This document shows, in pieces, positions 1 to 7,876 of a DNA stretch of 16,240 nucleotides. Each line of letters begins with the position of its first letter. Position 1 is the stretch's first letter. The notes under the pieces are model-generated. The model did not search any database. It saw only the letters and a program-made list of their open reading frames with translations, and was not told the origin of the DNA. Made by a program: the position numbers and the translations under genes. This DNA comes from a virus. Taxonomy: Duplodnaviria; Heunggongvirae; Uroviricota; Caudoviricetes. The stretch is taken from the IMG/VR virus record IMGVR_UViG_3300025011_000002. One strand, written 5' to 3'.

Positions 1-215
1 TTAGATGTTAGAAAATCTATTCCTTGAAGTTTTATTGCAGAAATGTCAAGTGGTTTTTCAACTACCACTCCGTCAACAACAATTACTTCTTTGTCATATA
101 ACTCGATAGGAACTTCAATATAATCAGGATAGTAATTGTAAGCTATAAGATTTCCTTTTGTTGGTTGGAAATCAATGTTTATCTTTTGGTTTGTATTTAT
201 ATTTATTATTTGCAT
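1..215 (-). CDS. Partial gene downstream of the tail fibre, running off the left edge; possible fibre assembly chaperone or fibre-associated protein
   Basis: Not in the ORF track. Manual translation from ATG at 213-215 gives MQIININTNQKINIDFQPTKGNLIAYNYYPDYIEVPIELYDKEVIVVDGVVVEKPLDISAIKLQGIDFLTS..., open to position 1. An SD-like AGAGGGG lies just upstream. Function is inferred from position only. Confidence 0.7.
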   Translation of the reverse strand, partial: MQIININTNQKINIDFQPTKGNLIAYNYYPDYIEVPIELYDKEVIVVDGVVVEKPLDISAIKLQGIDFLTS

Positions 216-1943
216 CTAAAAACCCCTCTTTGCATTGACTTGTAAATCCCATTTGCTTTCAACTAAAGCCCCTAATGCTCCAGTAGATTTTGCAAATGCC
301 ACCAACCCAGTGGCATTACAGGCATATAATATGGTATTATCTGATGCAGAACCAATTCCTAGCTGTGATGTAGATGTTGCGTAAGATTGGGGATTGTACA
401 AAACATCACCAACTGACCAACCTTGGTCAGCATCTTTACAGGTGCATATAGTTGAAAATTGTTGCAAAGTCTTTTCAGTTCCTAAGTTATGTATAATTGA
501 AGTTATTGATGCTGCTGAAGGATGTGTAATTTTAGAAGTAATTACCTCACCATTAAAAGCATAACTGATTGGTGTTCCAAGAGTTGTTGACTTTGTAACT
601 TCACCGATTTTAACAAACTGTTTGTCTGTCCATTCAGAGCCATTAAACAATTGAGGTATTAGTGGATTTTGATTTATAAGTAAATTTAAATCACCATTGG
701 CTGAAGTTGTGGGTAAAACATATTCTTCTGTTATATTTCCACCTTCATAAGTCACAGGATACCAAAATTTAACTTCGTTCATTATAGCATATCCCTGCGA
801 ATATCCACCAACAAGGTTCGCTTGAGGACGAATAGAATAGTAAGAATACGCAGTCGTATTTGGAATAATAATAACAGGATTAGTTCTAAAATCTGCACTA
901 TAGCTAGATAATAAAACTGTCCATGTTGTTCCATCATTAGAGCCAGACACAGTAACTCTGCTCATACCACAATAAACAGTAGGATTTGAATTTGAATATA
1001 TTTGTACTTTATTTAAAATTATTGGTGTAGAGCAAGATATTCGCATATAGTTTGCAATAGTTCCTGATTGAAAACTTGTGTATGTTGAATTAACGCCATC
1101 TATGCAGTTCCAGCAGTCTCCCAACAAAGTATTGTTTGAATATAAATATTTGCCTACAGTAAATGTGTCTTTTGTTGCAGATGTAAATATGGGCGATATT
1201 ACATCGGCACTATATCCAATATTAAAAGCAATTGCAACAACACTATATGTTCCATCATAAAGATTTATTAAATCGTCTTCTTGAATAATAATTTTATAAA
1301 CACCGTCAGCACTTATTCCTGTAATATTTGCAATACTTGAAATCTCATAATGTTTGCCATTCGGGAAAGTTATTCCCAGATTTGCATAAGAAGAACCTAC
1401 TTTGAAACTTACTTCTGTATCAGAAACTTTTGTAATTATATCTGCATATCCGTTAACATCTGTGTTTCCTGAATTAGCACAGTAGGTTGTATAATTTTGT
1501 TTATTATTCAGTTGTCCTAAGTTTACAGCATTAGTTAAAACCAATCCATCTGACACAGAGAAAATTTCGTCTGCATTTCCATTTGTTAATGCTCTTTCAT
1601 TTAATTGAGTTTGAATAGCCGATGTAACACCTGATACATATTCTAATTCAGTTGATGTAACAGATGACGAATCTATTTTACCATCAGCATCAGCAATTAA
1701 AGCTGTACTTGCTGTTAATTCATTTGTTAAATAATAATCAAACATGGCAACAAACCAAGTTAACCAAGCGAATGTTAAATCCCATTCCCAGTTAAAATGA
1801 TTTGATTCTGGTTTTTCAGCAGATGTAAAGCCCAATGTTAATTTCTCATCACTTGGTCTTTCTCTGTTTGTTGTTCCAAAAGAAGCAGGAATATCATATT
1901 CATCTCCTGTTGTTAATAAATCTGGTTTTATAGGTGCAGTCAT
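216..1943 (-). CDS. Tail fibre / receptor-binding protein (575 aa) with an internal discoidin (F5/8 type C-like) domain
   Basis: Follows the baseplate wedge genes. N-terminal anchor-like motif PSDEKLTLGF..EKPESNHFNWEW; fibre shaft motifs TASTALIADADGKIDSSSVTSTELEYVSGVTSAIQTQLN and AVNLGQL; discoidin-like IDG...SGSNDGTTWT...YSYY...NEVKFW. SD AAGAGGT upstream. Confidence 0.85.
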   Translation of the reverse strand: MTAPIKPDLLTTGDEYDIPASFGTTNRERPSDEKLTLGFTSAEKPESNHFNWEWDLTFAWLTWFVAMFDYYLTNELTASTALIADADGKIDSSSVTSTELEYVSGVTSAIQTQLNERALTNGNADEIFSVSDGLVLTNAVNLGQLNNKQNYTTYCANSGNTDVNGYADIITKVSDTEVSFKVGSSYANLGITFPNGKHYEISSIANITGISADGVYKIIIQEDDLINLYDGTYSVVAIAFNIGYSADVISPIFTSATKDTFTVGKYLYSNNTLLGDCWNCIDGVNSTYTSFQSGTIANYMRISCSTPIILNKVQIYSNSNPTVYCGMSRVTVSGSNDGTTWTVLLSSYSADFRTNPVIIIPNTTAYSYYSIRPQANLVGGYSQGYAIMNEVKFWYPVTYEGGNITEEYVLPTTSANGDLNLLINQNPLIPQLFNGSEWTDKQFVKIGEVTKSTTLGTPISYAFNGEVITSKITHPSAASITSIIHNLGTEKTLQQFSTICTCKDADQGWSVGDVLYNPQSYATSTSQLGIGSASDNTILYACNATGLVAFAKSTGALGALVESKWDLQVNAKRGF

Positions 1944-1986
1944 TATTTTAATACCTCTTATATAATATATTTATTTTTAATAATAT

Positions 1987-2601
1987 TTAAGTAATTTTAT
2001 CAAAGTTAGTAAGTAAAACTCCAGAAGGTAAAGCAACCTGTAAAAATTCTGACATATATTGTCTTTGATTATCTGTTAATTCTTGATTTGAATAATAAAT
2101 AGAAACTCCACAAGGAAAAACACTTGAATAATTTACTGTTTCTGAATTTGTTAATATTTTTACAATATTTATTATTTCTTCAGGGGTGCAACTTCCTATA
2201 TTTCTTTTAATTTTTGCCTTAATTGCATTTCTATAAACAATATCTGTTCTTGTTTCCCCTACTGAGCCACCAAGTACATTTGAGTCATACCAAAAGCCTT
2301 CATTAAACCCAGAACCCAATGTATTATCAGAAAAAGCAAAGAATCCAATATCTAAATTAACTGTATATTTTCTTGGCTCTCCGACTATTTCACCAACATG
2401 GTCAAGGTTTATTCCTTCAGCTTCATTTATAGTTCTTAAATATCTCAAATCATAAATTGCTTGATATATTAAATCTAACTCTTCTGAAATAGCTTTTAAA
2501 TACATTTCAAAGTTTGGTTGATTAAAATAGTTTTGAGGAATACTTTGTATCTTTTCAAATACAGAGCTTGGAATAAAAATATCTTTAATATCTTGCATCA
2601 T
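1987..2601 (-). CDS. Baseplate wedge protein (DUF2612-like, P2 gpI analogue)
   Basis: Motifs INEAEGINLDHVGEIVGEPR, FFAFSD...GFNEGFWYD, YRNAIKAKIKRN and LPSGV; located between baseplate J and the tail fibre. Confidence 0.85.
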   Translation of the reverse strand: MMQDIKDIFIPSSVFEKIQSIPQNYFNQPNFEMYLKAISEELDLIYQAIYDLRYLRTINEAEGINLDHVGEIVGEPRKYTVNLDIGFFAFSDNTLGSGFNEGFWYDSNVLGGSVGETRTDIVYRNAIKAKIKRNIGSCTPEEIINIVKILTNSETVNYSSVFPCGVSIYYSNQELTDNQRQYMSEFLQVALPSGVLLTNFDKIT

Positions 2602-2613
2602 ATCTTTAATCCT

Positions 2614-3780
2614 TTAAACTATTGTTATTTTATCATCTGAGAATACAGCTATTTCGTCATAAGCTATTGTAATATCTTGTTCTACTTCATCTGATGTTGT
2701 GCCAACAGTTAATCCTAATTTAGTAATATTTGAAATTCCTGGAATTGCATAAATAATAGAATATAATCTTGTTCTTATTACATCATCTGATATTAACAAA
2801 TTTGAAGAAGCATAAGTTGTTAATGCCTCTTTTATTTGGTCGTCTCCATCATCAGGAAATAATGAGTTTGTTTCTATATCTATATAAATAAAAATTGGAA
2901 CACTTGTCGGTATTGTAAATCCAATATTTTGATTATTACCTTGAGAGTCAACAACCACTTCTGTTGTTGTTCCATAAGCTTGTATTCCAGCAGGACCTTT
3001 TAGCCAAATTGTTTCTGCTATTTCTGCCGAATCTCCACCATAAACAATTAATTCATAAGAATTTGCAGGTTGACCATCAACTACATTAGATGTTCTATTT
3101 TCCCTTATATTAACATCCAATACATTATCAACATCAGATACGTTTGAAATTAAAGCTTCAGAAGATGAAGTTCCACCTATTGATAATTGAAGTTCTCTTC
3201 TCTCTCTATATTCTGCATCTGTTTCTTCGTATCTGCCCAATGTGGTTTGTACATTTGCATTTGTTACAGATGCCCAACCACTTACAGGTGTTTCAATTAC
3301 AGTTAAAGTTCCAGATAATACAGAAATATCGCCATATTCTTGAGCAATAACATTGGCATCAATTGTACCTACAATTGGTATTATTATTTCTGATTCTGTT
3401 TCAAATTTATAAGATGTTCCCGTTACTGATATTATTGAACCAATTGGTATTATAGTTCCTACAGTTCCAACAAATGTACAATTAACAACAGTTTTGACTC
3501 CTGCTAATCTTTCGCAAGATGTATATTCTCCAATATTATCAAGTTGCAAGCCTTGTGAGCCTGAAGGATATTGACTGTAATATAGAGCTTCTAAATTATC
3601 CCAGACATCAGCTAATTCACTTGATATTGTTATTAGAAGCACATCATTGCTTGTATCTGACTCAGATGGGCGAATTTGATATGAAGGATAGTAATTATCT
3701 TGAATATAAGCCTCTAAGCTCGATTCAATATCGGTTTGTTCTTTTTTAGAAAATCCGTCACTTGAAAGACCAAAGGTCAT
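2614..3780 (-). CDS. Baseplate J-like wedge protein (Mu gp47 / P2 gpJ family)
   Basis: Motifs MTFGLSSDGF, YPSGSQGLQLDNIG, GRYEETDAEYRERR, ENRT...DGQPANSYELIVYGG and KGPAGIQAYG; 388 aa; synteny. Confidence 0.93.
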   Translation of the reverse strand: MTFGLSSDGFSKKEQTDIESSLEAYIQDNYYPSYQIRPSESDTSNDVLLITISSELADVWDNLEALYYSQYPSGSQGLQLDNIGEYTSCERLAGVKTVVNCTFVGTVGTIIPIGSIISVTGTSYKFETESEIIIPIVGTIDANVIAQEYGDISVLSGTLTVIETPVSGWASVTNANVQTTLGRYEETDAEYRERRELQLSIGGTSSSEALISNVSDVDNVLDVNIRENRTSNVVDGQPANSYELIVYGGDSAEIAETIWLKGPAGIQAYGTTTEVVVDSQGNNQNIGFTIPTSVPIFIYIDIETNSLFPDDGDDQIKEALTTYASSNLLISDDVIRTRLYSIIYAIPGISNITKLGLTVGTTSDEVEQDITIAYDEIAVFSDDKITIV

Positions 3781-3802
3781 ATTTAATACCTCTTATAATA
3801 TA

Positions 3803-4165
3803 TTATAAATTAAAATTTAATCCGTTTGCTGTTGCTGTTCCATAAATTGTATTAATTTTGAAACTGATTGACAAAACTCTTGTTTGGTTATTAAAATCAT
3901 AAGAAAACTCAATTACTGATTTAACGCCTGGTGTTTTTAAAATTCTATCTTTTATTGCTTCTGCTGCAATATATTTATTCTTTTTGCCCAAAACATATCT
4001 GAAATAATCCATTCCTGCTTCGGGATATATGCTAAAATTACCAACAGCAAAACTTAATCTGCTTTGTATATGTTGTAATATAGCATCTACGCCATCTATC
4101 CAGACTGGCATTCCAGTTGTGAGGTCAATATCCCCATCCGATGTTAATTTAACCTGTAGTGTCAT
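3803..4165 (-). CDS. Baseplate sheath-initiator / wedge protein (gp25 / gpW / Mu gp46-like)
   Basis: 120 aa; DGDIDL...IDGVDAILQHIQSRL...GMDYF..VLGKK...IKDRILKTPGVKSV...RVLSISFKINTIYG; located between spike and J. Confidence 0.88.
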   Translation of the reverse strand: MTLQVKLTSDGDIDLTTGMPVWIDGVDAILQHIQSRLSFAVGNFSIYPEAGMDYFRYVLGKKNKYIAAEAIKDRILKTPGVKSVIEFSYDFNNQTRVLSISFKINTIYGTATANGLNFNL

Positions 4166-4167
4166 TA

Positions 4168-4869
4168 TTAAAACGCTCCTGTATTTCCACCTTCTGGATT
4201 TGTATGAACATGTCCATTTACTGATTTTTCACCACTTAAAACATTTGAGCCAGCAATAGTTGAATCAGAACTTATTGCACCGCCTGAATGAGTTGTTCCT
4301 GTTATTGTTACATTACCTGTTATTGTGGTATTGCCAATTATTTCCCATGTTCCATCAGTGTTTAATTTAAGTTTTGTTGCGGTTGCTTGTTTAACTAAAC
4401 ATTCATCATCTTTTGTTAATGTTAAAGTAACACCTGAATTATATTTGCCAATTACTAAATCGTCAGCACTATGGTTTGGTATTGATTTATTAAAAGGATT
4501 AAAGCAAGGAATAAATATTGAGTTTGAATAATTAAAATTATGATTTGGGTCAAGCTTATTTAAACTTCCTGTTGTTTTTGCCAAATCAATATCCATTGAC
4601 AATATATGTAAAATTCCTAAATCACCATCTTTTAAAGGCATTGATATAAAGAAATCACCAGTTAATAACATAAATACAGGAATATCAGTTAATACGGGGA
4701 CTTCTTCATATATATCTACATCAACCTCAAAAGCACCCATTATTTTAACATTTGCTCTTCTTGTTGTGCTATCATATTTTTCAATTCTTGCAATGTATGA
4801 AGTGCGAATACTGTTTTGTATATATTCCGCATATATAGTTTGCCATTGTAGCCATGAGTCAGGAGACAT
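4168..4869 (-). CDS. Baseplate central spike (Gp138 / gpV / gp45-like)
   Basis: OB-fold-like N-terminus (ARIEKYD...LTDIPVF...MPLKDGDLG), beta-helix-like repeats (IIGNTTITGNVTITGT) and a C-terminal HxH apex motif (NGHVHTNPEGGNTG). SD GAGGA upstream. Confidence 0.92.
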   Translation of the reverse strand: MSPDSWLQWQTIYAEYIQNSIRTSYIARIEKYDSTTRRANVKIMGAFEVDVDIYEEVPVLTDIPVFMLLTGDFFISMPLKDGDLGILHILSMDIDLAKTTGSLNKLDPNHNFNYSNSIFIPCFNPFNKSIPNHSADDLVIGKYNSGVTLTLTKDDECLVKQATATKLKLNTDGTWEIIGNTTITGNVTITGTTHSGGAISSDSTIAGSNVLSGEKSVNGHVHTNPEGGNTGAF

Positions 4870-4891
4870 ATTTTCCTCGCTTTATTATATA

Positions 4892-4920
4892 TTGTATTTA
4901 TTTTTAAAATATGTTATAAT
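4892..4920 (+). promoter_or_regulatory. Sigma70-type promoter for the endonuclease gene
   Basis: TTGTAT (4892-4897), a 17-nt spacer, then TATAAT (4915-4920), with an extended -10 TG at 4912-4913; ends 35 nt upstream of the ATG at 4956. Confidence 0.7.
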
Positions 4921-4955
4921 TTTATTATGTTAAAATTTATTATAAAGGTTTATGA

Positions 4956-5627
4956 ATGAGAGAAATTAAAAATTATATTAATGAAAAATTTGGAAGACTA
5001 ACAGTTGTGAAATATAGTCACACTGATAAAAATTATAAAAAGTATTATATATGTTTATGTGATTGCGGAAATATTACTACTGTATCTATAGGTAATTTAA
5101 AAAATTGCATAAAATCATGTAGATATCTTAAGAAGGAATTACACTTAAAGAGGAATATTATCCATAATTTAAGTAATACTAGATTTTATAAAATACATAA
5201 ATCTATGAAAGAGAGATGTTTAAATAAAAATAATAAAAATTTTAAAAATTATGGAGGAAGAGGAATTACAATACAAAAAGACTGGTTGAATTTTAATAAT
5301 TTTAAAAATGATATGTATGAATCATATTTATCTCATATTGAACAATATAGCGAAAAGCAAACAACCATAGATAGAATAGATGTTAATGGCAATTATGAAT
5401 TAAATAATTGCAGATGGGCGACTTGTAAAGAGCAAGTACACAATAGAAGGAGACAAAAGAGTCAAAAAGAATTTAAAGCAATATCTCCCGAAGGGATAGA
5501 ATATATTAGCGATAATCAAATGAAATTTGCCAAAGAGCATGGATTATATTTTACTTATATAAGTAGATGTTTAAATAAAAAATACGGTTTTAAATCGCAT
5601 CATAAATGGACTTTTGAGTATATTTAA
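4956..5627 (+). mobile_element. Free-standing HNH-type (His-Me finger) homing endonuclease gene, antisense to the operon
   Basis: N-terminal FGRLTVV..CLCDCG; middle YKIHKSMKERC.N.NNKNFKNYGGRGITI; nuclease-like core TIDRIDVNGNYELNNCRWAT..EQ..NRR; C-terminal NUMOD1-like HTH (FAKEHGLYFTYISRCLN). SD AAAGG 7 nt before the ATG. It is the only well-supported plus-strand gene. Confidence 0.88.
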
Positions 5628-6586
5628 ATTATGATAGCTTCTATATCACAACCAAAGTCCCCATCTGTATTATTTCCTGCCAATGTTATATTTTTAACAA
5701 TACAATAATTTTTAGGAAAGAATTTACTTTGTATTTGTAAATAGCTGCCAGGTATTATTTCTGGTATCATCAGTGTTTTAAACTGAAGCTTATGTTCTTT
5801 ATCATATTGCTTAGTTTCAAACTTTTGTGTAGCTTCTGCAATACTTCTATTTCTTGCAGCAATTGATTTTGGAGTTGGTTTCTTAAGTGGTTTTCTTGTC
5901 TTGTTATATTTTTTATGAATTTTGGTAATCGTTTTCTCTATACTTCCAACCAATCCTGTTTCTTCACTTATTACAAAAGCATTGCTTGTTATTGCTGTAT
6001 CGTCTTTTTTTATAATAAGTTTATTATTCTGTATTGAATATCTAACACCATTTTTATAACAATATTCTTTTAAATATTTGGCAGAACTGCCAAATAATGT
6101 ATGGGAATTTGTTATTACTGCTGTTTCATCAACATCTAATATTTTTGGGTCTGGAAGTCCCATTGAATTTGATATATCTTTTAATATTTTATAATAAGTT
6201 GTTCCCGAAGGATAAGTTTTATTTATTCTTGAATCTCTATATTGATTGCTTCCGTCTTCAAAAGTAATCTCAGTGGAAACGGTTGCACTATCATAAGAGT
6301 GTTTAACTTTTGAAATGTTTCCCATTCCAATAAGTTTATATTCTTCTTCGTAACCACCATATATAACACAATAAATATACTTATCTTCTATTGCTCTTCT
6401 TGTTTCTTCGTTAAGGTTGTATAGCGTACAAGATGATTCATTTGGTTCTTTCTCTGATGTTTTAACAACAGAAAACGACATATCAAAACCGTCTTTATTA
6501 TTTGTGGTTCTGGCATTAAATTTTTGACCTTTGCCATTTTCATCAGCAAGTTCTATATATAAACATCTGTTGAATAATGTACTCAT
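5624..6586 (-). CDS. Baseplate hub protein (Mu gp44 / P2 gpD-like)
   Basis: Motifs FSVVKT..EPN...LYNL, YGGYE, EDG, YSIQN, ETGLVGSIE and TLMIPEIIPG; located between plug and spike. Confidence 0.88.
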   Translation of the reverse strand: MSTLFNRCLYIELADENGKGQKFNARTTNNKDGFDMSFSVVKTSEKEPNESSCTLYNLNEETRRAIEDKYIYCVIYGGYEEEYKLIGMGNISKVKHSYDSATVSTEITFEDGSNQYRDSRINKTYPSGTTYYKILKDISNSMGLPDPKILDVDETAVITNSHTLFGSSAKYLKEYCYKNGVRYSIQNNKLIIKKDDTAITSNAFVISEETGLVGSIEKTITKIHKKYNKTRKPLKKPTPKSIAARNRSIAEATQKFETKQYDKEHKLQFKTLMIPEIIPGSYLQIQSKFFPKNYCIVKNITLAGNNTDGDFGCDIEAIII

Positions 6587-6607
6587 TAAATAAACCTATT
6601 AATATTA

Positions 6608-6976
6608 TTATTGATTTTCAAAAACTATATTTGATATTGATAATTTATGTTCATCGCCTAAATTAAATTGACTTGGATAATCATTCTTATTAACTATATT
6701 ATAAGAGAATAAAAATGGTGTATTTAAATCAAAGAGATGTTGATAATTATGATATAAGTTCCAATTGGGAACAATCTTTGTTGTGCATAATAATTCTTCT
6801 AATTGATTATAAACTTCCAATGACCAGAACTCATAAAGATTATTCCATTTATACCAAAATATAAACTCTTTATTGTTTATATTTATATTATATTTAAAGG
6901 AAGAGTCTGCAAAAAGTGGTAAGTCTTGAGCCGTTATATTTTCTACCATATCAATAAAAGATTCTATTTTTATCAT
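6608..6976 (-). CDS. Small baseplate protein (plug-like)
   Basis: 122 aa; FKYNININNKEFIFWYKWN...FWSLEVYN pattern and position between tube initiator and hub, as in related myovirus modules. Confidence 0.65.
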   Translation of the reverse strand: MIKIESFIDMVENITAQDLPLFADSSFKYNININNKEFIFWYKWNNLYEFWSLEVYNQLEELLCTTKIVPNWNLYHNYQHLFDLNTPFLFSYNIVNKNDYPSQFNLGDEHKLSISNIVFENQ

Positions 6977-6998
6977 TTTATTATCCTTTATAGATTGA

Positions 6999-7862
6999 TT
7001 AATTAATCATATATTTTTGTATATCTAAATTAAACTCTCTTCTGCCTATCTCTATAATTTGATTTCTTTTACTGTCTGATACTGTTGGCATCCAAGCATA
7101 TTTTCCATCCATTCCAGGCACAGAGACAAAATATGTATCTGGATTTGTAGCAAAACTATTTCTAAAATTTTCTATAGGGTTATTTACAACACCCTTTTGA
7201 TTTCCTTTATCTTTTGCTCCTGCTGTTTTATTTGCATTTGCTATTTTAGCTAGAATACTAGCGTTCGAGCCATCATTTTTTGCCAAAGAAGCAGCCAAAG
7301 CAGCTTTTAATTTTGCAATAATTTCTTTTGATAAAGTTGTTTTCTGAGAATTTACTTTTGGAGTTTCTTTAAATGTTAAACTAACATCCCAGCCATCTCC
7401 TGAGTCTATATTTTCCTGAAAAGAGATAGACTTTAGCATAAATCCAGAGTAAACCCTGCTGTTTATATCTAAATAATCAATTACAACGGCTTTTGCTTTT
7501 ATCTTTTCTAATAATGCTAAAACATCTTCTTTTTTTCTTTTTTGAATGCCTGTTGTTGTCGAAGAAACTTGCATACCATTTGAATCAATTGGGATTGCAT
7601 TAACAATGGCTCCATTTTTTAAAAAAGTTGTTATATCTTCTTTTCTTATTATGAGTTCAACTTCTTCTTCAGCAGGAATAAATATTATTGCAGGAACTTC
7701 TCTAAGATTTTCAATTGAATTATCTGTAAAGCTTTTTCTTGTCTCCGAAGGGTGTTCTGTTATTGTATTCTCAGAACTATAATCAGAGCTTAAACAAACT
7801 TTTATAAATAATTCTTTATTTTCCTGTGTTTCTGGGTCTTTATATGTTAAAAATAATGACAT
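6999..7862 (-). CDS. Baseplate tube initiator / Dit-like protein
   Basis: Immediately follows the tape measure gene; ITEHPSE..SFTDN resembles the TEHPVE.G..I.DH motif; RVYSGFMLKSISF...SLTFKE. Confidence 0.78.
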   Translation of the reverse strand: MSLFLTYKDPETQENKELFIKVCLSSDYSSENTITEHPSETRKSFTDNSIENLREVPAIIFIPAEEEVELIIRKEDITTFLKNGAIVNAIPIDSNGMQVSSTTTGIQKRKKEDVLALLEKIKAKAVVIDYLDINSRVYSGFMLKSISFQENIDSGDGWDVSLTFKETPKVNSQKTTLSKEIIAKLKAALAASLAKNDGSNASILAKIANANKTAGAKDKGNQKGVVNNPIENFRNSFATNPDTYFVSVPGMDGKYAWMPTVSDSKRNQIIEIGRREFNLDIQKYMIN

Positions 7863-7876
7863 TTATTTATTCCTTA

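Noticed and set aside
2579-2610. 11-nt direct repeat ATATCTTTAAT around the DUF2612-like start
   Set aside because: Short and AT-rich; plausible by chance with no further copies noticed.
4952-4969. Out-of-frame ATG and mini-ORF MNERN overlapping the endonuclease start
   Set aside because: SD spacing is 3 nt versus 7 nt for ATG 4956, which favours the annotated start; probably incidental.
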